Notes under the pieces: model-generated | Seen by the model: only the letters and a program-made list of their open reading frames with translations | The model's database searches: none | What the model was told of the DNA's origin: nothing | Position numbers and translations under genes: made by a program | From: Fidelibacterota bacterium | GTDB taxonomy: Bacteria; Fidelibacterota; UBA8477; JABMPR01 | DNA length: 64,000 nucleotides | NCBI GenBank assembly: GCA_018650445.1 | Contig: JABIFX010000081.1 | Location: forward strand, 23,407-87,406 | Direction of reading: 5' to 3' | Shown: piece after piece, positions 35,319 through 45,647 of the stretch | Numbering within the stretch: position 1 is the stretch's first letter | Layout: every line of letters begins with the position of its first letter

Positions 35319-37127
35319 CTACATCGGTGTGGGATTGGGTTTGATATCCCGTTGCTCAAGTTGAAGTTCCACTTTCCTTCGGAAATACTCAGTGGAATCA
35401 TCACCCCTGGCATCTGCATCACGCATAAGTTGTTTTAATTCATCCATTTCGCGCTGAATAGCCCACCAGCGTACCGTCTTTATACATTGATGTGCATGGC
35501 TGATACTTTCCAAGTCTGGTCGCGCCTCGTTGATCAATCGGGCAATAAATCGCCGGATCTCGGCAGATTCAATTTCATCCAACAATCTACTATGATTAAT
35601 AGGTAATTCTTTGCGCAGACGACCATGGAGCATCTGGAAGATTTCTACATAATGGAAAGCCTTGATATCATCGTCACCGATGGTGGAAGTCAACCAGTTC
35701 AGCAAACTTTCATCCTGGCTCAGATGCAACCGCAACAGTTCAAATTCTGCTTTCTCAGCACCCGATTCTGGACGGCGCAAGGTATCTGGTTTGGATTGTG
35801 TCTGTCTAACCGGAGGATCAGGGGTATACTCACTACGACGGACCCTTTTTGATTGACGTTTAAGCAATCCCATAACCGCTTCTTCAGGAACATGCATTTC
35901 ATCTGCCAATTGACCTGCCAACATGCCCCTTAGTATTTCATTCTGCATTAGAGCCAGTTCAGATACCATCCCTTCAAGGAATGCTGTCCGCTTCACAGGA
36001 GAATCCATTTGATCCTGATTGGCTCTGAGCACAAAAGTCATAAAATCCAATGCTGACCCGATGAGTTTTTGAAATTCCTTGGCGTCCTTCTCATCAAAAA
36101 AGCTATCTGGGTCTTCCCCATGGGGTATCTGGATAATGCGGACGTCAAGTCCTTTGTCCAGAAGTGTGAGTCCTGCTTTTTGAGCTGCCTTCTGACCAGC
36201 AGTATCTCCATCATAACAGACCAATACTTTATCTGCAAAACGTTTCACCAGCCCAGCCTGCTCGGAAGTAAATGCAGTACCGGTACCGGCTACAACATTT
36301 TGGAAACCTTCCTGATACAAGCGAATGAGATCCATATAACCTTCAACTAGAATGGCAGTCCGCGAGCTTCTAATCTCATCGCGACTAATATTCAAACCAA
36401 ACAGGGTGCGTCCCTTATGGTAAATGGGTGTTTCGGGACTGTTCATATATTTGGCGCCTTCAGCTTCGCCAAAAATTCTACCACCAAAAGCCTGGACTTT
36501 ACCATTGATATCCATGATGGGAAACATGATTCGGTTGCGGAAGCGATCGTAGTACCCACCCCCGTTCTTGGGCATAAGCAGACCGCTGCGCGTCAGAACA
36601 TCCTGGGATAATCCTAGCTTCATCACCTCCAGGGTCACCGTGTCCCAACTGTCTGGAGCAAAACCAACCCGGAAAGTTTTCAGGGTTTCTTCGGCAAGGC
36701 CTCGATTGAGCAAATAGTCTTTCGCAGATTTAGCACTGCTATCATTTAATTGTCGTTCAAAAACCCTGGCCGCAATTTCATGCATGTTGTAAATGGATGC
36801 CCGATCATCTTTTTTGCGGGGTTCTCCCGGATCAGTCTCAATGTGAATATTGGCTCGATCTGCCAGCAATTTTACCGATGATAAAAAATCGAGTCGTTCG
36901 TGTTCCATGATAAAGTTAATGACATTGCCACCGGCGCCACATCCGAAACAATGATAGATTTGCTTATCAGGACTGACACTGAAGGAAGGGGTCTTTTCAT
37001 TATGGAAGGGGCAGCGACCAAAAAAGTTACGACCCGAGCGTTTTAGTTGCACATAATCAGATACAACATCGACTACATCGTTGGCTTCCCTGACTTGTTC
37101 AATAATATGTTCTGCAATGAGTGCCAT
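35319..37127 (-). CDS. dnaG: DNA primase
   Basis: Zinc ribbon CPFHNEKTPSFSVSPDKQIYHCFGCGAGGN and TOPRIM region ILVEGYMDLI...VCYDGDTAGQKA. Confidence 0.95.
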   Translation of the reverse strand: MALIAEHIIEQVREANDVVDVVSDYVQLKRSGRNFFGRCPFHNEKTPSFSVSPDKQIYHCFGCGAGGNVINFIMEHERLDFLSSVKLLADRANIHIETDPGEPRKKDDRASIYNMHEIAARVFERQLNDSSAKSAKDYLLNRGLAEETLKTFRVGFAPDSWDTVTLEVMKLGLSQDVLTRSGLLMPKNGGGYYDRFRNRIMFPIMDINGKVQAFGGRIFGEAEGAKYMNSPETPIYHKGRTLFGLNISRDEIRSSRTAILVEGYMDLIRLYQEGFQNVVAGTGTAFTSEQAGLVKRFADKVLVCYDGDTAGQKAAQKAGLTLLDKGLDVRIIQIPHGEDPDSFFDEKDAKEFQKLIGSALDFMTFVLRANQDQMDSPVKRTAFLEGMVSELALMQNEILRGMLAGQLADEMHVPEEAVMGLLKRQSKRVRRSEYTPDPPVRQTQSKPDTLRRPESGAEKAEFELLRLHLSQDESLLNWLTSTIGDDDIKAFHYVEIFQMLHGRLRKELPINHSRLLDEIESAEIRRFIARLINEARPDLESISHAHQCIKTVRWWAIQREMDELKQLMRDADARGDDSTEYFRRKVELQLEQRDIKPNPTPM

Positions 37128-37236
37128 GATTCTGCTTTGAAGATAAGACGGTTGAAATTGAATGCTAACTGAAGTTGGGTCCCCCCTCTGTCTGAACTAC
37201 GTTCCGACACCTCCCCCAGGGGAGAAAAAAGCATTT

Positions 37237-37608
37237 TCAACTGGGGTTTTCGTCTAAGGCCTGTAAAATGGTTGAAAGGACTTCTGCTTCATTTTGAAAC
37301 ACGTCGGCATTTTTGAACCGCAGGATTCGGTATCCATTGGCGATGAGAAGATCCTGTCTACGTTTATCATATTCCCTGACCTTTTGCGTGTTGTGAATGG
37401 GACCATCAAGCTCAATGATTAATTTCTCGGAAAAACAAAAGAAATCAACGATGTAATTAAGAAGAACATGCTGTCGGCGGATTTTATACCCACCTAGTTT
37501 TTTGCCCCGGAGAAGTGACCACAAACGATATTCAGCCGCAGTCTGTTTTCTACGTAAAGCTCTACTCCGTTTAACTAAGTGATCTGGAATTTTCATATTT
37601 TTTTTCAC
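37237..37608 (-). CDS. DUF559 (Vsr-like) endonuclease domain protein
   Basis: RALRRKQTAAEYRLWSLLRGKKLGGYKIRRQHVLLNYIVDFFCFSEKLIIELDGPIH...GYRILRF is the DUF559 signature. Confidence 0.85.
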   Translation of the reverse strand: MKKNMKIPDHLVKRSRALRRKQTAAEYRLWSLLRGKKLGGYKIRRQHVLLNYIVDFFCFSEKLIIELDGPIHNTQKVREYDKRRQDLLIANGYRILRFKNADVFQNEAEVLSTILQALDENPS

Positions 37609-37674
37609 CCTCCTTCAGGAGGGTCAGTTCAAAGAACTGGGGAGGAGAGGGAGAGCTATCAGTATGACAAAGAA

Positions 37675-40047
37675 CTACTTCAACTCGACAAAAGTGATAC
37701 CTGCCCCACCTTCATCCAGACCACCCAGACGTTTTGTCTTCACCGCAGGATGTTTATCAAGGACTTCATGGACGACCTGTTTTATAACCCCTGTACCCTT
37801 ACCGTGGATGATTTGCATGATGGACAAATTATTGAGTACAGCCTGGTCAATAAACCGACCTAACTCTTCAATAGCTGCGTCGGCGCGAAATCCTCTTAAA
37901 TCAAGGCTATAGGTACTAGCTTTACGATCAGATACGTTGACGACCGTTGTCGATTTCAACTCAGTTGCTTTTTTCTGGGGTGCCTTCCCCAACCACTCGA
38001 TAGGGACGCGCATTCGTTTACCGTCAACTTCCACCATGGTCTTACCCCGTATGGATTTTTCAAGAACCACTCCAATTTGGTCCAAACTGAATACGGTTAC
38101 CTCCAGGCCTTTGGTGACGTCCTCACTTCTCAACTTTTCCAGTTTGAGTGGTTCTTCAGTTTCCTCGATAACCTTTTCCAGCTCTGCTTCAATCTGATCC
38201 AGAGTTCCGCGAACTTCTTTGATATTTTCTTTGCCAGCCTGAGATTCCTTGATCTGCTTGATGACCTGCTCAACTGTCTGACGGGCATCCGTGATAATCT
38301 GACCCGCCTTCTTTGCTGCATCTCTGTCAGCTTTTCGCTCGGCTTTCTGTACAGATTCCAGAGCCGTATCCATACGCTTCTGTTTCATTTTCAGATCGCG
38401 CTGTAAATCGGTGTTATCGGATTTTAAACCTGACAGGGTGGCTCGCTCAGCTTCAAGAGATCTCAGCAGTTTTTCCATACTGTCTCGTGCCCAACCGATA
38501 TAGCCACGGGCGGACTTCAGGATGTCATCAGAGAGACCGAGACGTTTGGATATTTCAAAGCCATAGCTACTACCAGGTACGCCAGCTAAAAATTTGTAGG
38601 TGGGTTTAAGCCCTTTTTGATCGAATTCCATAGCGCCATTCATAACATTCTCAGCTTCGTGGGCGAAAACTTTCAGGTCACCAAGATGCGTGGTAGCCAC
38701 CGTTTTCACACCGGCACCTCCCAGGGATTCCAGAATCGATCGCGCCAGAGCCGCCCCTTCTGCAGGGTCTGTACCGGTTCCCAATTCGTCTAGAAGCACC
38801 AGACTTTGAGATGTGGTCTGATCCAGAATGCTAATGATAGTACTCAGGTGGGCCGAAAAGGTTGAAAGATCATCCACCAGAGATTGTTGATCACCAATGT
38901 CCGTGAAAATTTTATCTACAAAAGGAATCACACTGCCTTCTGCTGCAGGTACCGGGACACCAGCATTGGCCATTAAGGCGAGGAGACCAATGGTTTTTAG
39001 TGCTACGGTCTTGCCCCCGGCATTTGGTCCTGTAATAATCAGAGTGTTTGTTTGGCTGTCCATGGCGAGTTCAAGTGGGACAACCTTCCTCTGTAATGCA
39101 AGCCTGGGGTTACGGGCACTTTTTAGCAGGAAGGACCCATCTTCTGAGAGTGTTGGGATAGTGCAGGCAAAAGTTTTACCAAATTTGACCAGTGCTGTGT
39201 GATAATCTAATATCTCCAGCAATTTGTAATTCTGCCGAATAGTTGAGTGATGAAGATGGAGACGACCAGTAAGTTCCTGTAGGATACGCTGAACTTCCTG
39301 TTGCTCCTCAATCTCAATTGTTTTGATCTGATTATTTAATTCAATGATCTCAAATGGTTCAATAAAGGTAGTTGTCCCGGTATTGGACATATCCTGGATA
39401 ACACCTTGAACCTGTCCCTTATACGAGCTGATGACGGGCAGGACTAATCGGCCTGCTTTAATTCCAGCTTGAGATTCGTTCAGATAACCGCTTTCACCGT
39501 ATTTTTTAACCAAATCAGCCATCCTGGTGCGGACAGCTCCACCAGATTTCCGAAGCTTACGACGGAGAGATGACAGGGTTGAGGAGGCATTGTCCAAAAC
39601 CTCACCATCTGGACCAACAATCTTGAGGATATCTTTTTCAAGATCAAGAAGCGGAGTGATGTTCTGAAAATCCTCATCCCAGATAGATATTTCTTCCTCG
39701 GGATGGTTTTGATAGATGTTTTTTAATGTCCTGGATTGTTCAAGAATATTGTGAACCGTTTTCAGATCCTCAGGGTATAGCGTACTGCCATCCAGAGCGA
39801 GTAATTTTAATATTTCATGAAGTTCATCATAAGGACGAATATAGAAGCTGCTGTTGATATCCATGAGGGCTTCAATGGCTGCGATACGGTCATATTGCTC
39901 GCGAATATCAATTGGATTGTCCTTGGGTTGGAGCTTTTCAAATTGATGGGTGACACTGATCCCGGCTGCTTCATCTGCCAACCATTGACGTACATCATCA
40001 AAACCGAGGTGTGTATTACTAGAATTAGTTGAGTCAGAAGAATCCAT
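37675..40047 (-). CDS. mutS2: Endonuclease MutS2 (MutS domain V ATPase plus C-terminal Smr)
   Basis: Walker A IITGPNAGGKTV, DELGTGTDP, and a C-terminal Smr domain LDLRGFRADAAIEEL...IIHGKGTGV. Confidence 0.95.
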   Translation of the reverse strand: MDSSDSTNSSNTHLGFDDVRQWLADEAAGISVTHQFEKLQPKDNPIDIREQYDRIAAIEALMDINSSFYIRPYDELHEILKLLALDGSTLYPEDLKTVHNILEQSRTLKNIYQNHPEEEISIWDEDFQNITPLLDLEKDILKIVGPDGEVLDNASSTLSSLRRKLRKSGGAVRTRMADLVKKYGESGYLNESQAGIKAGRLVLPVISSYKGQVQGVIQDMSNTGTTTFIEPFEIIELNNQIKTIEIEEQQEVQRILQELTGRLHLHHSTIRQNYKLLEILDYHTALVKFGKTFACTIPTLSEDGSFLLKSARNPRLALQRKVVPLELAMDSQTNTLIITGPNAGGKTVALKTIGLLALMANAGVPVPAAEGSVIPFVDKIFTDIGDQQSLVDDLSTFSAHLSTIISILDQTTSQSLVLLDELGTGTDPAEGAALARSILESLGGAGVKTVATTHLGDLKVFAHEAENVMNGAMEFDQKGLKPTYKFLAGVPGSSYGFEISKRLGLSDDILKSARGYIGWARDSMEKLLRSLEAERATLSGLKSDNTDLQRDLKMKQKRMDTALESVQKAERKADRDAAKKAGQIITDARQTVEQVIKQIKESQAGKENIKEVRGTLDQIEAELEKVIEETEEPLKLEKLRSEDVTKGLEVTVFSLDQIGVVLEKSIRGKTMVEVDGKRMRVPIEWLGKAPQKKATELKSTTVVNVSDRKASTYSLDLRGFRADAAIEELGRFIDQAVLNNLSIMQIIHGKGTGVIKQVVHEVLDKHPAVKTKRLGGLDEGGAGITFVELK

Positions 40048-40051
40048 GACT

Positions 40052-41026
40052 CTACTCTTCGCGACCCTGTTCCTCTACTTCTTGCTCTTCGAGATCCTGC
40101 GCCTCTGCTTCTACCTCTTCTCGATCCTGCACCTTCGGTTCGACATTTCCGCGACTCTGGGCAGCTGCTTCGATTTCATCCAGCAATTTATCCATATCTG
40201 TTTGTCTATTGGTACCAGCATGCTTGATTTTTTCCACCTCTCCCATGATATCCAGATCCGCGCCGCCGAGACCTTCAACTCCAGCCGATTTTAACATCTG
40301 CTGCATGAGTCCTTTTTGAGCTCCACCCATTGACTCCATGGCTTTGCTCAGAATTTCAGTCTGATCCTCTCCCTTACTACCGCCAAGCATTTTCAATAAA
40401 TCAGGGCTAAGAGCACTATTTCCGTCATTCCCACCTAGAAGACCATCTAGGAGACCAGCACTACTATCATCTCCTGCCAGCTCAGGGAGACTCACCCCTT
40501 CGCCGCTCACAATTGAACCAATACTGGACTGCAACATGGTCATCTCATCCTCCATACCAAAGATCTTGACCACATTATCCGCGAAAAATTCCACATTGGG
40601 GTACAGCTTGGATTCCTGTTGCCAGGTTCCACGCATGTCTGGTGGCACCAGAGCAAAAGCCCACACAACAGCAGATAATAGAAGTCCAGCCTTGGTTACT
40701 CCAAGAGTAATTCCTCCGACCCGATCCACGATACCGAGGTTCATTGTCCTAACAATTTTTTTAAGAATAAAGCCAAGTATTGTAAATGAATACATGGTAG
40801 CCAGGAAGGCTATACCGTAACCTGCAATAGTCTTGTATGTAGCTGGTATGCTAATCAGGGGTTCAATTATCAGGACAGCATAATAGCTATAATTCATTGC
40901 CACATACATAGCAGCATACATCCCAACTATTTTTAGCACGCCATCAATAAGACCTTTCTTAAGTCCACTGACCGCCATAATTACGAGTAGGAATATACCA
41001 CCTAAATCAAAAGCTGTAGCCATCAT
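40052..41026 (-). CDS. cvpA: CvpA-family membrane protein with long acidic low-complexity C-terminal tail
   Basis: Four TM helices in the first ~160 aa with CvpA-like spacing, then a Gly/Asp/Glu-rich tail ending EEVEAEAQDLEEQEVEEQGREE. Confidence 0.65.
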   Translation of the reverse strand: MMATAFDLGGIFLLVIMAVSGLKKGLIDGVLKIVGMYAAMYVAMNYSYYAVLIIEPLISIPATYKTIAGYGIAFLATMYSFTILGFILKKIVRTMNLGIVDRVGGITLGVTKAGLLLSAVVWAFALVPPDMRGTWQQESKLYPNVEFFADNVVKIFGMEDEMTMLQSSIGSIVSGEGVSLPELAGDDSSAGLLDGLLGGNDGNSALSPDLLKMLGGSKGEDQTEILSKAMESMGGAQKGLMQQMLKSAGVEGLGGADLDIMGEVEKIKHAGTNRQTDMDKLLDEIEAAAQSRGNVEPKVQDREEVEAEAQDLEEQEVEEQGREE

Positions 41027-41469
41027 GAGCTAAGCATCCCTTTTACGATTTCTTGAAGCCGTTTTCCATCTGCCTTACCCGCCGCTGCTTTCATTAGGGG
41101 TCCCATAACCTTGCCCATGTCACCCATGCTAACCGCCCCTGTCTCCTTCAGGATCCGTTTAACGAGGTCTTCCATTGCAGTCTCATCCATCATTTGAGGT
41201 AAGTATTTCTTGAGCACCTGAAGTTCAGCATTTTCTGCTGCAACCAACTCTGGCCTGTCTCCCTGTTCATATAGAGCGATGGCTTCTTTGCGTTGCTTGG
41301 CCGCGGTCTGTACCAACTTGACAATTTCTGCTTCTTTTAGAGCTTCGCCCTTTTCAATCTCACGCATCTGTATTCTGGACTTAAGGTCCCGAATCGTTTT
41401 CAGGCTGGTTGCATCCTTAGCCTTCATGGCTACTTTTAATTGGTCATTTAATTCTTTACGGTAATCCAA
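41023..41469 (-). CDS. GatB/YqeY domain protein
   Basis: LNDQLKVAMKAKD...LKTIRDLKS...EIVKLVQTAAKQRKEAIALYEQGDRPELVAAENAELQVLKKYLP is a typical YqeY sequence. Confidence 0.85.
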   Translation of the reverse strand: MDYRKELNDQLKVAMKAKDATSLKTIRDLKSRIQMREIEKGEALKEAEIVKLVQTAAKQRKEAIALYEQGDRPELVAAENAELQVLKKYLPQMMDETAMEDLVKRILKETGAVSMGDMGKVMGPLMKAAAGKADGKRLQEIVKGMLSS

Positions 41470-41583
41470 ATCAAGCGCTCCCGCTGTTTAATGAAAAATT
41501 AAAATAACCCAGAAACTATCACATATGGATAATTATTTATCAGTACCGTACCTGGTAGAATAATGATGGCTCAGCTGGCTGGA

Positions 41584-42057
41584 TCAGGGGACATCAAAAA
41601 CATCACGCAAAGCGCTGGTGGCATCAAGGAGATGTTTTTCCTCAATGATAGCCGAGATAGAACTGATTGAAGTGGATATGGATAAAATATTGATGCCACG
41701 GATACCCAGGGCTCTGAAAAATGTAGCCGCCAGACCACAACGTTCCTTGAAGTGAGGTCCATATACCGTGAGCAGACAGACATGTTCAATCACTTCGACA
41801 CTAATGTCCTCATGCAAATCTTCAATTGCGTCCACTGCTTTTTGAAAGGATTCAGATTCATCATGGTGGAGTGTTACGGACAAATTGGCTTTACCGGTAC
41901 TATCCAGGTTTTCGCTGATAAAATTCACGGTCTGGCCATAAAAGCAGAATTCTTCAAGGGCAGAACCACCCCAGTCAGGTTCATCTGGAAGATTGAATAT
42001 TCTGACAAAGGATAGCTGCTCATCAACTATAATTCCACCGATTGATTCCTTCCTCAC
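41584..42057 (-). CDS. ACT-domain-like small regulatory protein (putative)
   Basis: LLTVYGPHFKERCGLAATFFRALGIRGINILSISTSISSISAII resembles aspartate-kinase-type ACT repeats. A 4-nt overlap links it to the kinase gene. Confidence 0.45.
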   Translation of the reverse strand: MRKESIGGIIVDEQLSFVRIFNLPDEPDWGGSALEEFCFYGQTVNFISENLDSTGKANLSVTLHHDESESFQKAVDAIEDLHEDISVEVIEHVCLLTVYGPHFKERCGLAATFFRALGIRGINILSISTSISSISAIIEEKHLLDATSALRDVFDVP

Positions 42058-43391
42058 AATTCCTCCTCAAACGGCAGCTGAACAGTAAATGTACTTCCCC
42101 TACCTTCCTGGCTATCTACCTGTATATCGCCGCCATGTAATTCAACCATGCGCATCACGATTGCCAAGCCCAAGCCTGTACCCTCTGAAATCAGTTTTCG
42201 GGCAGTAGGTGTCCTGTAAAATTCTTTGAAGATATTGACCTGTTCTGATTCCGGAATACCCTGCCCATCATCAGAAACTTTTACCACATAATTCAAGTCA
42301 ACTTTTTCTAAACTCACCTGAATGCTGCCTGATTCCTGGGTATAACGAATGGCATTGGAGATGAGATTGATAAATATTTTCCCCAGTGCATTAACATCCC
42401 CGAAATAATCAAAAGACGCATCTGCAGAATTGAATGTGAGAGTTTGACTTTTTCGGTCCGAATTGGGTTTCGCATCGGATACCAATCCAACCAGCAATTT
42501 GCGCAGACTCAGACTCTCGAACTGTTGCTGCTCCTGAAAATTTCCATAGGTTAGATCTGCCAGATCTTTGAGCATTCCTATGGTTTCAGATGTACGACCA
42601 ATGGCACGGTTTAGCATATTGATGACCCGCTCATCAGCCTTGGTCCCCAAAATATCTTCTATAACCATTAGGGTTGATTGAATGGTTGCAATGGGGGCTT
42701 TCATTTCATGGCTGGCATAACGGAAAAACGTAGTCTTGGTTTCGTTGATTTCGTGAAGTTTTAAGTTGGCAGCTTCCAGTTTGTCTCTCACACGACGATG
42801 TCTCTCAGTCACATTCTGGGCGAGATAAGCTGAAACCATCATAGTCACTACAAAAATGAACCAGATCCCCACAATAACTCGGGAATCATTCATTAAATGC
42901 AGCTCGCTATAGAAGCAAATATGCTCCACAAAACTCGACTGCTCTATGAGTAATAGACCTGAATACAGGATAATAACCAAGAGGGAATACAGATACGAAA
43001 AACCGCCTGGGAAAATGATACTAGCCAGAATAATGTGAAAAACGTAGAAGAAGGATAGTGGGCTTTCTGCACTCCCCGTTAGATAAATCAGAACCGTGAG
43101 CAAGAATAAATCCATGACCATTTGTAAATTGAGTAGAATAACCAGATTGGACATCCCGAATTGCTTTTTAGCCGAGGCGTATATGAGATACATGAGATTT
43201 AAGCCGACCAGGATGAAAGCAACAACGGCCATGGCATTCAGACTGGAAGCTGGACCGAGGGCAATGCTCTTCAAGAGAATTACTCCAGAGAAGAGTCCAA
43301 GAATTGCATACCAACGTAGCCGTATAAGCCATTTGTCACGCCGAAGCATGGAGGCAATTGAGAAAGCGGGTGTTTCAGGAAATAGCGTCAA
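42054..43391 (-). CDS. Sensor histidine kinase with polytopic N-terminal membrane domain
   Basis: About 6 TM helices, H-box FFRYASHEMKAPIATI, and G-boxes VSDDGQGIP and GTGLGLAIVMRMVELHGG. Confidence 0.9.
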   Translation of the reverse strand: MTLFPETPAFSIASMLRRDKWLIRLRWYAILGLFSGVILLKSIALGPASSLNAMAVVAFILVGLNLMYLIYASAKKQFGMSNLVILLNLQMVMDLFLLTVLIYLTGSAESPLSFFYVFHIILASIIFPGGFSYLYSLLVIILYSGLLLIEQSSFVEHICFYSELHLMNDSRVIVGIWFIFVVTMMVSAYLAQNVTERHRRVRDKLEAANLKLHEINETKTTFFRYASHEMKAPIATIQSTLMVIEDILGTKADERVINMLNRAIGRTSETIGMLKDLADLTYGNFQEQQQFESLSLRKLLVGLVSDAKPNSDRKSQTLTFNSADASFDYFGDVNALGKIFINLISNAIRYTQESGSIQVSLEKVDLNYVVKVSDDGQGIPESEQVNIFKEFYRTPTARKLISEGTGLGLAIVMRMVELHGGDIQVDSQEGRGSTFTVQLPFEEEL

Positions 43392-43435
43392 ATTGCTACC
43401 GTTTTTAAGATCGAATCAGTTAAAGTCTCTCCTGC

Positions 43436-43822
43436 TTAGACCTTAATGTTTTGATGTACGACGTCCACCAGTTTTTTTGGATTTACCGGTTTTTCTATAA
43501 AGGCGTCTACAGGTAGAAAATCAGCATCTTTACCGGGGTCAAACTGAAAACCAGTTTGATTACCGACAGCTGTTAACATGACGATGGGTGTATCTTTGAT
43601 GTCAGCATCTTCTCTAATTTTGTAGGCGACATGAAAACCTTCGTCCATGGAAGACATCATCACATCCAGAATAATCAAATCTGGAGATTCTGATTTAATC
43701 TTCTCCAGGCCCTTTTCACCATCCTGGGCATCAATCACATCATAACCAGCTGATTCCAAGGTGATACGCATGGCTTCAACGAGATCGAAGTCATCATCTA
43801 TTATCAATACTTTTTTTGCCAT
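43436..43822 (-). CDS. Single-domain response regulator (receiver only)
   Basis: KVLIIDDDFD, DLIILDVMMSSMDEG, MLTAVG and IEKP. 128 aa with no output domain. Confidence 0.9.
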   Translation of the reverse strand: MAKKVLIIDDDFDLVEAMRITLESAGYDVIDAQDGEKGLEKIKSESPDLIILDVMMSSMDEGFHVAYKIREDADIKDTPIVMLTAVGNQTGFQFDPGKDADFLPVDAFIEKPVNPKKLVDVVHQNIKV

Positions 43823-43863
43823 TTTTTATCTTCCTCCTGGGCGCGAACGCCAAACAAATTGAA

Positions 43864-44337
43864 CTAAGCCTCAGCGAGTTGGCTTACTCGATTTAGTTTA
43901 TCTTCAACGATATCAACGGCCATTTTCAAGGCCCTTTGAACGGGTACGGAAAGTGAGCCATTAAATTGAATTGATTCTGGTTCAATACCAATGATTTTCA
44001 AGTCTTCAGGTAACATATGCAGGGATTCTGCCATTTTTATTGATTCTGCCAATCCCAGACCATGCAGTGAAATGGGATCATCTTTTAAAACAAAGTCAAT
44101 TTGAGCGGAGTTAAACTCCAATACGGACCCTGCATCACGGCCCATCTGACAGGCATCTACAACAATCACATGCTCTCGTCCTTCGAGATACTCGAGGATC
44201 CCCAGGGCATCACTACCGGCATCCACCAATTCCAGCTGGGGATGTGTTTGCCGGGAAAGTGCATCGATAAGTAAGGGACCGATGGCATCATCTCCCCGTA
44301 AGCGACTACCCACACCTATGACTGTTAATGCTGCCAT
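43864..44337 (-). CDS. Hydrogenase maturation endopeptidase (HycI/HoxW family)
   Basis: VIGVGSRLRGDDAIGPLLIDAL and VVDACQMG motifs. It lies directly downstream of the large subunit gene. Confidence 0.85.
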   Translation of the reverse strand: MAALTVIGVGSRLRGDDAIGPLLIDALSRQTHPQLELVDAGSDALGILEYLEGREHVIVVDACQMGRDAGSVLEFNSAQIDFVLKDDPISLHGLGLAESIKMAESLHMLPEDLKIIGIEPESIQFNGSLSVPVQRALKMAVDIVEDKLNRVSQLAEA

Positions 44338-44342
44338 GAGAG

Positions 44343-45647
44343 CTATTCGATGAAATCAACTTCCAGCATATGAACTGAGCAAGAGATACATGGATCATAC
44401 GCTCTGACCAACATCTCAAGGTTCAGAGTAATTTCCTCCTTGGACTTGTTGATAATCTCAGGCACCAATTTCATCATATCATCATCTATGTTGGCCAAAT
44501 TTTGACCTGTAGGAATGATACAGTTCGCCTTGATGATATTTCCCTTATTATCATAAGTATAGTCATGGAAAAGAATACCCCTTGGAACCTCATTGGAACC
44601 AATACCCCGACCATAACGAGTGGGTGTCTGGTTGGGTTTCTCATTTTTGAGACCCATTTCCATCAACCTGTCAATGATGCGGACACTATCCAGAATACAA
44701 TGCACAGCTTCAACTACCTGGGCGATGGTATTCATATAGGGATTGTAACAATTGGGTTTGAGACCCATGGCTTCAGCAGCAGCATGAGCTTCTTCCCCGA
44801 GTTGGGCATGATTGTTATTCCAGCGAGCCAGAGCACCAACGAAATACGAACTTCTATTGTATTTTGCGTGTTTTGAGGTGCTATGATTCACAACGAATTC
44901 ATTGGTGACATCCAGATAATTTGAAATCGGAGTGGCGCCGCTATCAGAGGAGAAAATGTCTCCCTGGTAGAGGGCATACTCATCAGGGTGTTTGAGAGAG
45001 ACATACTCTGTTTCCCTTTCAAACTGAGGGATGGCGCCGGCCAGAGCCTTCATGGTCTCGATGGTTTCCAGACCATCCGGAAGGGCTTCTTCGAGCAGGC
45101 GTCGTTTGATTTCTAAAAGTTCTGCTTTTTCTGGAATTCTTGAAAAACCGCCAGGAACCGGTGTAATGGGATGCACGGCTCTACCAGAAACGATATCAGC
45201 AATATCATTGGCGAGACGTTTCATACGCAGAGCTCTCAGTACCACATCCTTATGTGTGGCTATGAGTGGAAACACACTGCCAACATTTAAAAAATCCGGA
45301 GCAGCCAGAAAATAGGCATGCAGGATATTTGATTGCAGAGTGGCTCCATGGACCAATAATTTTCTAAGGAGTACGGTCTGCTCTGAAACTTCCAGACCCA
45401 GGGCGTCTTCAGTGGTTACCAGTGATGTCAATTGATGACCGAGAGAACAAATACCACAGATTCTTGAGGTGATGATGGCGGCTTCATGAAAACTGCGCCC
45501 CTTCATCATAGCTTCAAAAAACCGGGGAGGTTCTACGATACTGAGGTGAGCTTTCTCAAGAACCCCATCTTTCATGTTTACTACGATATTTCCATGACCT
45601 TCCACACGGGTCAGGTGATGGACTTTGATGTCAAGATCACGACTCAT
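44343..45647 (-). CDS. hydA: [NiFe]-hydrogenase large (alpha) subunit, group 3b-like
   Basis: N-terminal RVEGHG and RICGICSLGH (RxCGxCxxxH). C-terminal DPCISCSVH (DPCxxCxxH). Confidence 0.9.
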   Translation of the reverse strand: MSRDLDIKVHHLTRVEGHGNIVVNMKDGVLEKAHLSIVEPPRFFEAMMKGRSFHEAAIITSRICGICSLGHQLTSLVTTEDALGLEVSEQTVLLRKLLVHGATLQSNILHAYFLAAPDFLNVGSVFPLIATHKDVVLRALRMKRLANDIADIVSGRAVHPITPVPGGFSRIPEKAELLEIKRRLLEEALPDGLETIETMKALAGAIPQFERETEYVSLKHPDEYALYQGDIFSSDSGATPISNYLDVTNEFVVNHSTSKHAKYNRSSYFVGALARWNNNHAQLGEEAHAAAEAMGLKPNCYNPYMNTIAQVVEAVHCILDSVRIIDRLMEMGLKNEKPNQTPTRYGRGIGSNEVPRGILFHDYTYDNKGNIIKANCIIPTGQNLANIDDDMMKLVPEIINKSKEEITLNLEMLVRAYDPCISCSVHMLEVDFIE

